Positions 19,525-29,936 of a stretch of DNA of 64,000 nt are shown here, piece after piece. Every line of letters begins with the position of its first letter. The first letter of the stretch is position 1. The notes under the pieces are model-generated. The model made no database searches. It saw only the letters and a list, made by a program, of their open reading frames with translations, and was not told where the DNA came from. Made by a program: the position numbers and the translations under genes. Location of the stretch: contig JAWOCD010000092.1 of assembly GCA_046483985.1 (NCBI GenBank), forward strand, positions 38,455 to 102,454. Direction: 5' to 3'. The DNA comes from Promethearchaeia archaeon (GTDB taxonomy: Archaea > Asgardarchaeota > Lokiarchaeia > Sigyniarchaeales > SOKP01).

Positions 19525-19917
19525 ATGCAAGGCACCTATATCCTTGTTTTATTCGCAAAGAAAAGTTTTACGAAGACTATCGGTGCTCTCGGAGATGTAG
19601 TTTTTAAAAGAGGTTTCTACTGCTATGTGGGATCGGCAATGGCCAAAAGGGGGTCAGCTACCTTGGAAAATAGATTGAGGCGACATGTAAGAGCGACAAA
19701 TGAAAAGGGAATCCACTGGCATATTGATTATCTGCTGACTAATAAATACATTATAGTCTATAAGATTTTTGTTATCCCCAATCCAGAGAGATTAGAATGT
19801 AGGATTGCTGAAGAATTAAGAGAAAAGGCAAAAGGATTTGTAAAGAATTTTGGTTCTTCTGATTGTGCGTGTCCGTCCCATCTCCTCTATTTTCAAAAGT
19901 TACCTATCTTGAGATAA
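19525..19917 (+). CDS. GIY-YIG (DUF123/Uri) endonuclease family protein
   Basis: GTY...YCYVGSA, RLRRH, HWHIDYL, FGSSDC.C.SHL. Confidence 0.88.
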   Translation: MQGTYILVLFAKKSFTKTIGALGDVVFKRGFYCYVGSAMAKRGSATLENRLRRHVRATNEKGIHWHIDYLLTNKYIIVYKIFVIPNPERLECRIAEELREKAKGFVKNFGSSDCACPSHLLYFQKLPILR

Positions 19918-19970
19918 TGTATATAATTCATTATCAGATCTTTTTTCTTAAATATAATATTCTATAATCC

Positions 19971-20702
19971 ATGCCTTCCATTGGTCATGCTATTCTTGGC
20001 GGTGCGCTTGCTTTGATTTTGTATACGATAACCAATTCTGAGCACTGGAAAAGTGAAAAGCGTTTCAATGAGCGAATGGTTGTTCTAGTTGCATTTAACA
20101 GTTTTATCGGTCCCGATATATTTACTATGTTTTATGCTTTTAATCTGGACCCCAGCGTCATTCCGATCAGACCATTTGTGCATTCGGTAATCGGTTGGGT
20201 TATCTGGAGCGGTGGGATCATGTGGTTATGGTATTATATCATCAATTACAAGGCAAAAGGAGAAGAAAGAATTTCTTTCCTGGCGACATTTGTACTATTA
20301 GTTGCCGCAGGGGAAGCGCACTTTTTCTTGGATTTTTTCGATAACGGAGTTGATTTAATCGGGTTTGGGGGGTTCCATCTGCATTTAACCTTGCAAGAGA
20401 ATTTCCTCATCGCATTCGACTATCCGTACGGTCCGCTACACACCCTCTTTCCGTGGTTCTCGATGACGGAGTTATTTTTCATCGGCTTAGGCTTTATGAT
20501 CCTTCTGATCTATTCCCTTTTTCATTGGAAACTAAGATATACCTATTTTATCGCCATAATCTTCTTGACAACCTTAGTCATCCTCTATCTGCTGTTTGGT
20601 TCCTACATTGTGAGCTTTGAGAATGATTTCGGCATTATAATCCTTTTCGGGGGCTTTTTATTGGTCCCCATCTATCTCATGGTGGCTGCAATAGAACTGT
20701 AA
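19971..20702 (+). CDS. Membrane-bound metal-dependent hydrolase (YdjM/DUF457-like)
   Basis: MPSIGH, GPD, FVHS and HFFLD motifs on TM helices. Confidence 0.7.
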   Translation: MPSIGHAILGGALALILYTITNSEHWKSEKRFNERMVVLVAFNSFIGPDIFTMFYAFNLDPSVIPIRPFVHSVIGWVIWSGGIMWLWYYIINYKAKGEERISFLATFVLLVAAGEAHFFLDFFDNGVDLIGFGGFHLHLTLQENFLIAFDYPYGPLHTLFPWFSMTELFFIGLGFMILLIYSLFHWKLRYTYFIAIIFLTTLVILYLLFGSYIVSFENDFGIIILFGGFLLVPIYLMVAAIEL

Positions 20703-20712
20703 ATTTCATCTC

Positions 20713-21213
20713 TTAAAGAAGGAGAATAACAACGGTCCAGAGAATAACGATCGTAATGATCTCGGTGATAACTCCCTTCTTTTCCTCATTTAGGTTGGGA
20801 AGCCACGAGAACGGAGGGACCTTTTCGCGGATAATATTGACCGCCCGATGAAAAAAAAACGGTTGTTTCTCGTTTTCATCTGCTAAATACGGGCGATAAA
20901 TCCCCCAATCCCAAAAATCGACCAAATTCGCAAAGATCCCTCCCAATAGAAAGAAGAGGAACTTTCCAATGACGATCCCCCAGATGATCAAAGCCACTAA
21001 GAGGGTTGGCGTGATAAGATGCCATACGACCCAGAATTTATCATCCTTATGCGGTTCGGGGGTGTGATAGGTAAATTTTGCCAATGCATCAATGAGAAAA
21101 TGAGAAAGAAAAGCAAACACCATGGTAAAGATGATATCCAATGGGAAGATAAAGTACATGAAACATAAAAGCTGCACGAGAATCCCCGTCAACACATGCG
21201 TAATTGCTTCCAT
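20713..21213 (-). CDS. Membrane protein, metal-dependent hydrolase-like
   Basis: TH, SHFLID, NLVD and FH motifs; about four TM helices. Confidence 0.55.
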   Translation of the reverse strand: MEAITHVLTGILVQLLCFMYFIFPLDIIFTMVFAFLSHFLIDALAKFTYHTPEPHKDDKFWVVWHLITPTLLVALIIWGIVIGKFLFFLLGGIFANLVDFWDWGIYRPYLADENEKQPFFFHRAVNIIREKVPPFSWLPNLNEEKKGVITEIITIVILWTVVILLL

Positions 21214-21332
21214 ATTTTTTTTGCAAATCCAAATTGGTTAAATCAAATTAATATTAATTGTAAATATACCGAAAGACATAAAAATTTTGTACGAAAATCG
21301 AGCAATCTTCGGGACAAAAAAAGAAATAGAAA

Positions 21333-24087
21333 TTAATTTTGAAATCTTCTTCTCCTAAAAGACTTTCGCATAAGAACGACCACGGCGAGGAGTGCAAAGC
21401 CCATGATAAAAAGACAGTCATATCCGGAAATCTCAGCGGGTCCCCCCTCCCTTGCCTTAACTGTTATTTCAATCCATATCGATTGTGTTCTCCCGTTGGT
21501 ATCATTCACCGATATCATGAGCCCGTAGGTTTTCACTTGCAAGACGGTGGCGTTGGTAATCACACCGTCCTCGTTGATTTGAAACTCATTTAAATTCACC
21601 CAATATTGGTCTATTCCGACATTATCAGTGGCATTTACATCGTACCGGAAGGGTTCTCCGAACATAATCGTTTGATCTTCGGGAATAGGGTCAAATATGG
21701 GATTTTCCCCATCTTCTTGCACGGAAATGTCGATCGAGGCCGAAATTTCATTTCCGCTGGTATCATTCACATGAATGACCAATGTATATACCATCCATTT
21801 GGGAAGAGCTGTTATATTGGTAATAACGCCCTCATTGTCAATGTGGAAGGTATCCTCTAAATTAATCCAATATTGATCTATTGCCAAATTATCTGAAGCG
21901 TTCACATCGTAGCGAAAAGATTGACCAACATATACAATTTGATTTGTAAGTGGCTCCTCCCAGAAGGGATCAGCATTTTCTAATACAGTAATTGTAATTG
22001 TAGTAATATTATGACTTATCCCATCCGATGCATTTAACACAAGAACATAATTGCCTACGGCTAATAAGGTATCATTTGTTAATAAGCCGCTGGAATCTAT
22101 GGTGAAATCTGAACCATTTACATCATAGAGCACGGGCTGAAAATCCGTTGCGTTTAAATCATAATTAAGGGGCTCTCCTAACTCAAGATCTTGATCTTCG
22201 GGCATTGGGTCCCATTGAGGTGCTTGTGTATTTTCCACGAGAATCGAAATTTCTGTAATATTGTCATTAGTCCCATCCGATGCATTTAACACAAGAACAT
22301 AATTGCCTACGGCTAATAAGGTATCATTTGTTAATAAGCCGCTGGAATCTATGGTGAAATCCGTCCCATTTACATCATAGAGCACGGGCTGAAAATCCGT
22401 TGCGTTTAAATCATAATTAAGGGGCTCTCCTAACTCAAGATCTTGATCTTCGGGCATTGGGTCCCATTGAGGTGCGACCGTATCTTCTATGGTTTTTTTA
22501 CACATGGGATATTCATCATAAGTGTTTATAGTGCCGTTGATTTTATAAGGGATGTCCCAAACAACGCTGTTATTAGTAGCATCGGGGTGACGTTCCGTGT
22601 AATCGTCCCAGTAATTTCCAATTATCCCATTATCCCAGTTATTTTCATCGGCATCAGAACAATAGGCTTGATATTGACTATTCTCAGCAACAATATTTTT
22701 CCACATGGTATTGTTGCTTGAAGAATCCAAGTAAATTCCGGTATCCCCGTTGTTGGAACAATTATTCTCCGAAATAAGTGTGTTGTTGCTTGATTTTAAA
22801 GATATTCCATATTTATCATTATTTGAGCAATCATTTCCCAAAACCGTGTTATTCTTTGAGGAATCCAAGTAAATTCCTTCTCCGTCGTTATTTTGTAAGT
22901 TTTTTATATTCGAGCAGTTATTGTCCAAAATAAACGTATGGTTGCTTGAAGATAAGTAGATACCATATTTATCATTATTTGAGCAATCGTTTTCCAAAAC
23001 CGTGTTATTACCCATCCAAGCCAACCCCGTAGCGGTTCTTAGAGCAGTTATTAGCTGAAATGGTATTATAAAAACTTGGAGAATATAAGAAAATCCCATA
23101 AACATTGTTATTTGAACAGTTGTTGCCCGAAATAAGTGTACCATTGCTTGAAGATAGGTGAATACCATCATCACCATTATTTGAGCAGTTATTGCCTAAG
23201 ATCGTGTTATTATTTGAAGAGTCCAAATGAAGACCATCACCATTGTAAGAACAATTATTACCTAAAACGGTGTTATTAATTGCGGAATCCAAAATAATTC
23301 CATTAAGATCGTTGTGTGAGCAGTTATTTCTAAAGATCGTATTATTGCTTGAAGATACTAGCCCAATTCCAGCATATGAATTATTGGAACAATTATTCCA
23401 AGAAATGGTGTTATTGATGGAGCTGTCTAATGAGATGCCCCAATCATTTTCCGAACAAGTGTTGTTTATAATTTCATTATTATTGCTCGAGGAACACAAC
23501 TCAATTCCCGGATCATCTTCATTTTTTGAGCAATTATTCCGCACGATGGAATTATTGCACGACGACCCTACCAGATAGATTCCACTCCCACTATTGTTAA
23601 AGCACACATTACTTGAGATCATATTATTGCTTGAAGACGAAAGTAAAATTCCATAAGCGTTAATCATCAAAGTGTTGTTCATAATGTTGACATTTTTACA
23701 GTTGTAAAAATGCATTCCATTATTAGAATTTGCCGACCCGTTTTCGACCGTACAGTTCCGAATGATGAGGTATGCATCAGTATTTCGAATGTAGATACCG
23801 TGAGCATCGGAAGCATTAATCACATAGTCTTCAATAACATAGGGATCGTCATATGTGCCATTCCCTGTCGTATAGGATGATTCATTCAATTGGTCATTTC
23901 CGTCAATAGAAATCGGAGAGATGACTTCAGAGGTAGTCGGACTAGTAGGCGAGTCATCCGTCAAATTCTCTGACGGTGCTAAACGGATGAAATTGCCTCC
24001 GAGCAAGGGAAAAACTGAAGAAAAAGTCATGCAGAAGAAGAACAGAATCGGAAAAAGTTTCTCAAATTTTTTCAAGTAAATCCTCAT
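21333..24087 (-). pseudogene. Cell-surface NosD-type beta-helix + Ig/cadherin-like repeat protein with Loki-CTERM-like anchor, split by a frameshift near 23010
   Basis: Signal peptide and GIxLxxSxNNxIxxNxC repeats in 23008-24087 continue in another frame (GVGLDG*/NNTVLENDCS). Four Ig-like repeats follow, and the C-terminus is ISGY-TM-RKSFRRRR. Confidence 0.75.
22019..22475. repeat. Near-identical intragenic duplication (22019-22223 and 22271-22475; 252-bp period)
   Basis: About 205 bp with 3 mismatches seen by eye; encodes two copies of an 84-aa Ig-like unit. Confidence 0.88.
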
Positions 24088-24696
24088 TCATAAAATGGAT
24101 TTAATTTTTTTAATACATAGATGAGGTAGAGATAGTTTAAAAATCTTGATCTAATCCGTGCTGCTGCTAAATACGAATCTGAATGGATGCGGCGAGAAAA
24201 TTAGAGGAGATTCCCAATTTTAATATATATTTCTCAGAACGGAGAAAGAAGGATTGACCGGAAAATGGTCCAAAAATTTTTTAAGAGCACTTTCTCTAAT
24301 TTCCAAAAATTAGAGAAATTACAAAAATCTCAGGAAACCCGTTTAGAGAGCCGCTCCGTACGATTTAGAAAGGATGTCATATTATAAACCCCGGTTAATA
24401 CATGCATGATGGCTTCCATGATATATGCAAATCTTAGTTATATTTTAAGTTGAATTCTATCAACAGTGTGTAATTTGATATATATCTAGACAAACTTGGA
24501 CATTATTTAAACCTATTTATTATTTGCATAACTTAGCGCGTTAAATCTCACTTTCATAAGAGATTATTCTCAAAATTTCTAATGACACTCCTCACAAAGA
24601 AATATTTAATTATATAGGAATTAGATAGTTATATAATATAGGTAAAATTTCAATTATTTATACAAAAGAGATATATAAAATTTAGAGTGATATGAA

Positions 24697-25638
24697 ATGG
24701 GAATGTTAGATGGAAAAGTAGCAATCGTTACGGGAGCTGGAAGAGGATTAGGTAAACAAGAGGCGTTAGCAATGGCGAGAGAAGGGTGTAATTTAGTTAT
24801 CAATGATCTCGGGGCTTCCTTTGACGGAACTGGGAAAGAAACAAAGGTTGCCGATGAGGTCGCACAAGAATGTAGAGACCTCGGAGTTGAAGCCGTAGGA
24901 AATTACGATTCCGTGACAGATTTTGATAAAACAAAAGAAATGATTGATCAAGCTGTAGAAGAATTCGGACACTTAGATATTATAATGAATAATGCCGGAA
25001 TCCTTCGAGATAGGATGAGTTATAATATGAGCGAAGAGGAATTTGATGCTGTAATTGATGTACATTTAAAAGGTACATTTAATTTGTGCAGACACGGTGG
25101 AGCTTATTTTCGAAATCAAGTGAAAGAAGGAAACAAAAAAAAGAAATTTGGGCGAATCATTAATACTGCAAGCGATGCTGGACTTTTAGGAAATGTGGGT
25201 CAAGTGAACTACGGCGCTGCAAAAGCGGGAATCGCCGCAATGACCCTAATCTTATCGCAAGAATTAAAGAAATATGCAACTGTGAACTGCATAGTGCCAA
25301 TGGCTCGGACTCGATTGACCACCGACGCAACCCCGAAATTTGCTGCTGTTATGAAAAAGAAGACAGAAGAAGGGTTTGATATTTTTAATCCAGCAAACAT
25401 GGCACCACTCGTGGTGTTTTTGAGCTCTAAAAAGGCAAAAAGAATTTCGGGAGAGGTTTTTCGATTAGTTGGCGATAAGTTATGGGTGTTACGTGGATGG
25501 CACTCTGTCAACAAAATAGAAAATGATGGCAAACCCTTTACTCCACAAGATTTAGCTGATAGGGTTAAAAAAGAATTGTTGAAAGATATTCCACAAAAGG
25601 AAACAATGATGGAAATAACAGGCAAAGTTATTCAATGA
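24697..25638 (+). CDS. SDR oxidoreductase (MFE-2/HSD17B4-like 3-hydroxyacyl-CoA dehydrogenase type)
   Basis: TGAGRGLG, VINDLG, NNAGILRD, GNVGQVNYGAAK. Confidence 0.88.
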   Translation: MGMLDGKVAIVTGAGRGLGKQEALAMAREGCNLVINDLGASFDGTGKETKVADEVAQECRDLGVEAVGNYDSVTDFDKTKEMIDQAVEEFGHLDIIMNNAGILRDRMSYNMSEEEFDAVIDVHLKGTFNLCRHGGAYFRNQVKEGNKKKKFGRIINTASDAGLLGNVGQVNYGAAKAGIAAMTLILSQELKKYATVNCIVPMARTRLTTDATPKFAAVMKKKTEEGFDIFNPANMAPLVVFLSSKKAKRISGEVFRLVGDKLWVLRGWHSVNKIENDGKPFTPQDLADRVKKELLKDIPQKETMMEITGKVIQ

Positions 25639-25777
25639 TTCTCTTTATAACTCAATTTAAAATTTTATTTTTTTCTTTTCTTTTATTCCAGGCTCTAAAT
25701 TTTATACTTTAAGCAAATTAAAATTTTGCGAATAATCTCCTTGCTAGACCGGGCATTAAAAAAGGAGAACAACAATT

Positions 25778-25861
25778 GAAGGGGGGCTTCTAAAGGGAGG
25801 GAAATTCCATAAGTCCACTAAGCTTTTTCATTAAGGAAGATTTCTTTCGCTATAAGTTAAA
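25778..25861. mobile_element. Degenerate IS200/IS605-like end remnant (copy 2)
   Basis: gaaggggggcttctaaagggaggg...cactaag...cgctataagttaaa; related to 3805-3869. Confidence 0.3.
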
Positions 25862-25873
25862 CCTTTTTACAAA

Positions 25874-26452
25874 TTATTTTTCTAATTCCTTTAACAAAGA
25901 AGAAAGCTCATCTTTCATACTTGTTTCCTTTTCCTCCACCTTAGCTTCAATATCTCCACTTTGTTGTTTGATCCATTCCTTTCGGTCCTTCATAAGTAAA
26001 TCTCTTACAATTGGAAGCGTATTAAAATAGGGATATTCTTCATATTTGCTCCTATAATCTTCGACAAGCTCATGGGCTTCCTTCATTTTGTCAGCGTTAA
26101 CCAGTTTTCCATACAAATTGCTAATTGATTCACCGTATTCTATAATCTTTGAAATCATATGATCCTTTTTTACCTCCTTCGCCATTTCTTTTAGGAATTC
26201 GTCTTGCTCTTTGATATAGGATGGCATATTCCCTCTGATGGCGAGGTCGGTAATTTTATTCACGATCTTTATAGCTTCCTTTAAATTTCCTTCTCTTTTA
26301 TACCGTTGGGCGGCGCTACTCAAATCGTCAATCTTAGAAATGATATCGAGGCGATTTAATTTGGGCGGTGTTTCCTTTTCATCCCCCTCATGTTTTTTCT
26401 TTTTCTTTCTCTTCATTCTTTTAATGACCTTTGAATTAATTAGATTAATCAA
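25874..26452 (-). CDS. Hypothetical helical (TPR/MIT-like) protein
   Basis: A..Y..EGNLKEAI helical-hairpin pattern with a Lys-rich N-terminus; start uncertain. Confidence 0.55.
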   Translation of the reverse strand: MINLINSKVIKRMKRKKKKKHEGDEKETPPKLNRLDIISKIDDLSSAAQRYKREGNLKEAIKIVNKITDLAIRGNMPSYIKEQDEFLKEMAKEVKKDHMISKIIEYGESISNLYGKLVNADKMKEAHELVEDYRSKYEEYPYFNTLPIVRDLLMKDRKEWIKQQSGDIEAKVEEKETSMKDELSSLLKELEK

Positions 26453-26642
26453 TCTAATAAAAAATATTCTCCTTATTTAAAATTTTATTTATAATTCTGG
26501 ATAAAATGAAAATTGGAATTTTCCAGTATTTTAAAACCGTTTTTAAATAGTCTTCTGATGGAGTTTAGTAGACAAAAGGAGTATGCCAATCCCGAAAAGG
26601 TCTATTATTGTAAACTTTTTTTATAATTACGAACTATATTAA

Positions 26643-26690
26643 AATTCATCTCCATTCCAAAGGATGGAGGTTTCTTTTATTTTTTTGATA
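26643..26690. mobile_element. IS200/IS605-like subterminal palindrome remnant
   Basis: aattcatCTCCATtccaaaggATGGAGgtttctt...gata: a hairpin in the aattcatc-stem-aaag-stem-tt context recalled for IS605-group ends. Confidence 0.35.
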
Positions 26691-26700
26691 AATTGAAAGA

Positions 26701-27504
26701 TCAAATAAAATATTTACTTTTTGCTTTAGTTGAGATATTTTCAATTTTCTTTAGATTTTTAAAGATATGGCTCAGATCTGGCAAAGTAACCGCATCTTCT
26801 GGACAGTATTTCACACATCTCAGACAACGGATACAATCAGACTGATTTATGGATTGGGTTTGGAGGTCAATAGCAGCATTTGGGCATTTTTCATTGCATA
26901 CGCCACATTGTTTACATATTTCCTTATTTATCTTGGGAGGGGGAACAAACTTTCTTGGTCTATTTTCGATTTTCTTTAATTTCTTATTGGAAATATGTGG
27001 TTTACTGAAAGGATCTAATGCAGAATTTTTACTATGAAACTTTCTATAGGTTAATCTTGTATATTGCTCTGCAACGTGAAAATCAGAGGTATTTGGACGA
27101 TTTACCGCAACCTCCCATCCTGCTAAATTAAAAGTATGTCTCCCTAAGAACTCTGCAGTTGAAAAAAGATGAAATTCTTGGCGATTCAAAATTTGTTGGA
27201 TATCATAATGAACAATCCCGGGATTAATTCCCCCATAAGTAATGAATGTAGAGCATTTAAGCCCGGACCCTTTTATTGTTTTAAACCATTCCCTAAGAAT
27301 CTTAGGCACTCTCCAGCCATGGACGGGGAATCCAAAGAAACAAGCATTGAAACGGGAAAACCTTATTCTATCTTTTCGATCTTGATAACTTGTAATATCA
27401 AATTCAAATATATCTGCCTCCAATTCTAAAAGTGTCGTCCTTATTTTTTCTGCTATCTTTTTTGTATTGCCAGTGGGCGAGAAATAGATTAATGCAATTT
27501 TCAT
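26701..27504 (-). CDS. EFR1-family flavodoxin-ferredoxin fusion
   Basis: YFSPTGNT, FGFPV, TYGG plus CKQCGVC..KCP and CIRCLRCVKYCP. Confidence 0.88.
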   Translation of the reverse strand: MKIALIYFSPTGNTKKIAEKIRTTLLELEADIFEFDITSYQDRKDRIRFSRFNACFFGFPVHGWRVPKILREWFKTIKGSGLKCSTFITYGGINPGIVHYDIQQILNRQEFHLFSTAEFLGRHTFNLAGWEVAVNRPNTSDFHVAEQYTRLTYRKFHSKNSALDPFSKPHISNKKLKKIENRPRKFVPPPKINKEICKQCGVCNEKCPNAAIDLQTQSINQSDCIRCLRCVKYCPEDAVTLPDLSHIFKNLKKIENISTKAKSKYFI

Positions 27505-27525
27505 ATCTGTATATACCTATACTTT

Positions 27526-28380
27526 TTATAAATAGAGAGAAAGAGGTTTGGATTTCTTTTTAAAATAATCAAAAATCTCATTAAAGAAGGTTTTAGCAGT
27601 TTCGTTATTTTCTAAAGTAAAGTACTTTCCCACCTTCATTTCCTCCCCTTTATTAAGAAAGAACTGTATCGTTTCGTTGTATTTGATAAGTGTATAGGGG
27701 AAATTCTCAACCTCTTCATATACATAGATTTTTTCATTAATATCCGTCTTCTCAACAATATTTTTCAGCTTTTCGTTGCTATGAATCTCTTTCAGAACCC
27801 CTTTGTCGGAAATTAACTTAAAATTGGTATTTTCAAGAAATTGCTGAATAGAATAACGCTCTAAGGTAACTTTATTAAAATAATTTTGAATAATATTCAA
27901 ACTCAGCGTTAAACTCCTCCATCCTAAAACTTTTAACTTTATTCCCTCTTGTCCCATATCATTTTGTATTTGATTGATCAGCTTATTACTTACGTTCATA
28001 AATTGCCATTGATCTGATTTGATTTCAATTTCTTGGATAATTGGATCGAGAATCTCAATAAAATTAGTAGGAATTGCTCCAGCGCTGATATTTCCTAAAA
28101 TATCTCTAAGTATATTGTAATTTTTCATTTTTTTCAGATAATCTAAAATTAATGAGCCAAAATTAGATAAATAATAATCTTTGTTAATACGATAAATACA
28201 TTTCACATCTAATAATCGATTAAGGTAATCTCTTACTGTTGAGGTCTTTTCATCAATTAATTGGGCTGTGTTTGTAAGGTTTATCCCTTCTTGTTGTTCC
28301 GAATAAAGAACTAAAATTTTATATGAAATCTCGGTGGAAAGAGAATTTAATAATTCAAAAAAATTGGTTGAATTTGTCAT
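27526..28380 (-). CDS. Winged-HTH transcriptional regulator (DUF1724/ArsR-like N-terminus)
   Basis: N-terminal HTH (LTNTAQLIDEKTSTVRDYLNRL) and wing (YYLSNFG); divergent from the epimerase gene. Confidence 0.7.
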   Translation of the reverse strand: MTNSTNFFELLNSLSTEISYKILVLYSEQQEGINLTNTAQLIDEKTSTVRDYLNRLLDVKCIYRINKDYYLSNFGSLILDYLKKMKNYNILRDILGNISAGAIPTNFIEILDPIIQEIEIKSDQWQFMNVSNKLINQIQNDMGQEGIKLKVLGWRSLTLSLNIIQNYFNKVTLERYSIQQFLENTNFKLISDKGVLKEIHSNEKLKNIVEKTDINEKIYVYEEVENFPYTLIKYNETIQFFLNKGEEMKVGKYFTLENNETAKTFFNEIFDYFKKKSKPLSLYL

Positions 28381-28656
28381 TTCCTTAAGTTGTATGAAAC
28401 GGTTTTCCTAATTTCGATTTCTTTATTATTAATTTCACTTAATTTAATATAATAATTCTTAAGAGTTATTTTTTTTTAATCATTTTTCATGAAATTTCGC
28501 TATATGTTAAAATCGAAATTTGGGAAAAATTCGCAAAAATTATAAATTATGCAAAAGGCGAAATATTCCACGTTTTTGAATATCATGTTGGTTTGAAAAG
28601 TACCATAAGCCAAATGCTTATTTTAATAAAGGTTTTCAATTTTTATAACCTTAAGT

Positions 28657-29679
28657 ATGAATAAATTGAAGGTTAGAAAAATGAATAAAAAAATCTTATT
28701 AACGGGAGGTTTCGGTCTCTGTGGCAGGGCAACCCTCGATGAGTTATTGAAAAAAGATTATGATATTACCGTATTTGAGATCAATACTACGGAAAATAGA
28801 GATATAGCGAAAAAATATCAAGAGAAAGTTGAAATCGTTTGGGGAGATATACGAAATTTTGACGATGTAAAAAAATCCGTAAAGGGAAAAGATTTTGTAA
28901 TTCATATGGCTGCAATCCTCCCTCCCCTCGCCGATGAGAACCCGAAATTGGCACGGGGAGTGAATGTGGAGGGTACCAAAAATATAATTAAATCTATGGA
29001 AAAGGCGGATCAGGAGGCGAAATTAATCTATACCTCATCTATAGCAATTTATGGTGATAGAAGGCAAAATCCCTATATCCATGTTTCCGATGACCCAAAC
29101 CCTGGGGATGATATATATGCACAACAAAAACTGGAATGTGAAGAATTAATTAAGGGTTCTAAATTAAATTGGACAATTCTGCGGCTGACATATATTGTTT
29201 CCATGGAAAAATTGGATTTGAACCCGCTCATGTATCATATGCCATTAGAAACATGCATTGAAATCTGTCATGCAAACGATGTCGGGCTCGCACTCGCAAA
29301 CGCAATCGAAAGTAAGGAGGTTTGGGGCAAAATTCTGAATATTGCTGGAGGAACTAAGTGTAGAATTATTTATGGTGATTATATTCACAGGATGTTAGAG
29401 ATTTTTGGTTTAGGCGGTGATTTATTACCAAAGGATGCCTTTAGTGATAAAGCTTTTCACTGTGGTTTTATGGATACCAAAAAAAGTCAAAAGTTGTTGC
29501 AATACCAGCGATACACGTTGGATAACTTTTTTGAAGATGTAAAGGAAACAGTAAAGGTTTCGCGATTTTTTATTAAAATATTCCAGTTGATCGTTCGTCC
29601 GATTGCCAAAAAGTATCTTTTGGATAAATCTCCCTTCTACGATGGCGGTAAGGGAGAACAAATTAAAGCCGCTCCTTAA
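28657..29679 (+). CDS. NAD-dependent epimerase/dehydratase (extended SDR)
   Basis: LLTGGFG..G, GDI, IHMAA, NVEGT, YTSS, YAQQK. The start may be the second ATG at 28681. Confidence 0.88.
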   Translation: MNKLKVRKMNKKILLTGGFGLCGRATLDELLKKDYDITVFEINTTENRDIAKKYQEKVEIVWGDIRNFDDVKKSVKGKDFVIHMAAILPPLADENPKLARGVNVEGTKNIIKSMEKADQEAKLIYTSSIAIYGDRRQNPYIHVSDDPNPGDDIYAQQKLECEELIKGSKLNWTILRLTYIVSMEKLDLNPLMYHMPLETCIEICHANDVGLALANAIESKEVWGKILNIAGGTKCRIIYGDYIHRMLEIFGLGGDLLPKDAFSDKAFHCGFMDTKKSQKLLQYQRYTLDNFFEDVKETVKVSRFFIKIFQLIVRPIAKKYLLDKSPFYDGGKGEQIKAAP

Positions 29680-29777
29680 AACTTCTTTCTTTTAAATAGC
29701 ATAATCACGGAGTGGTTTGGATAAATAAATATGAGGAATATTGCAAATACTATCCAATAGAGAATGGAGAGGATTTA

Positions 29778-29815
29778 TTTTTATTACTGATATATGACAC
29801 TTTTTTATTACTGAT
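29778..29815. promoter_or_regulatory. 14-bp direct repeat TTTTTATTACTGAT x2 upstream of adh-aor
   Basis: Perfect copies at 29778-29791 and 29802-29815; function inferred. Confidence 0.35.
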
Positions 29816-29936
29816 CACAACTTTTACTTAATTTGATAAAAGATAGTTTCATATTAAAATCAATTTTTAAAAGGAAAATTAATTTAGAAATCTATATTTA
29901 GAGATTTAAGAATATCTAAGAGATATGTGAAAGATT

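Noticed and set aside
22019-22475. Possible DGR template/variable repeat pair
   Set aside because: Both copies are in-frame coding domains, the few mismatches are clustered in one spot, and no reverse transcriptase is in the window.
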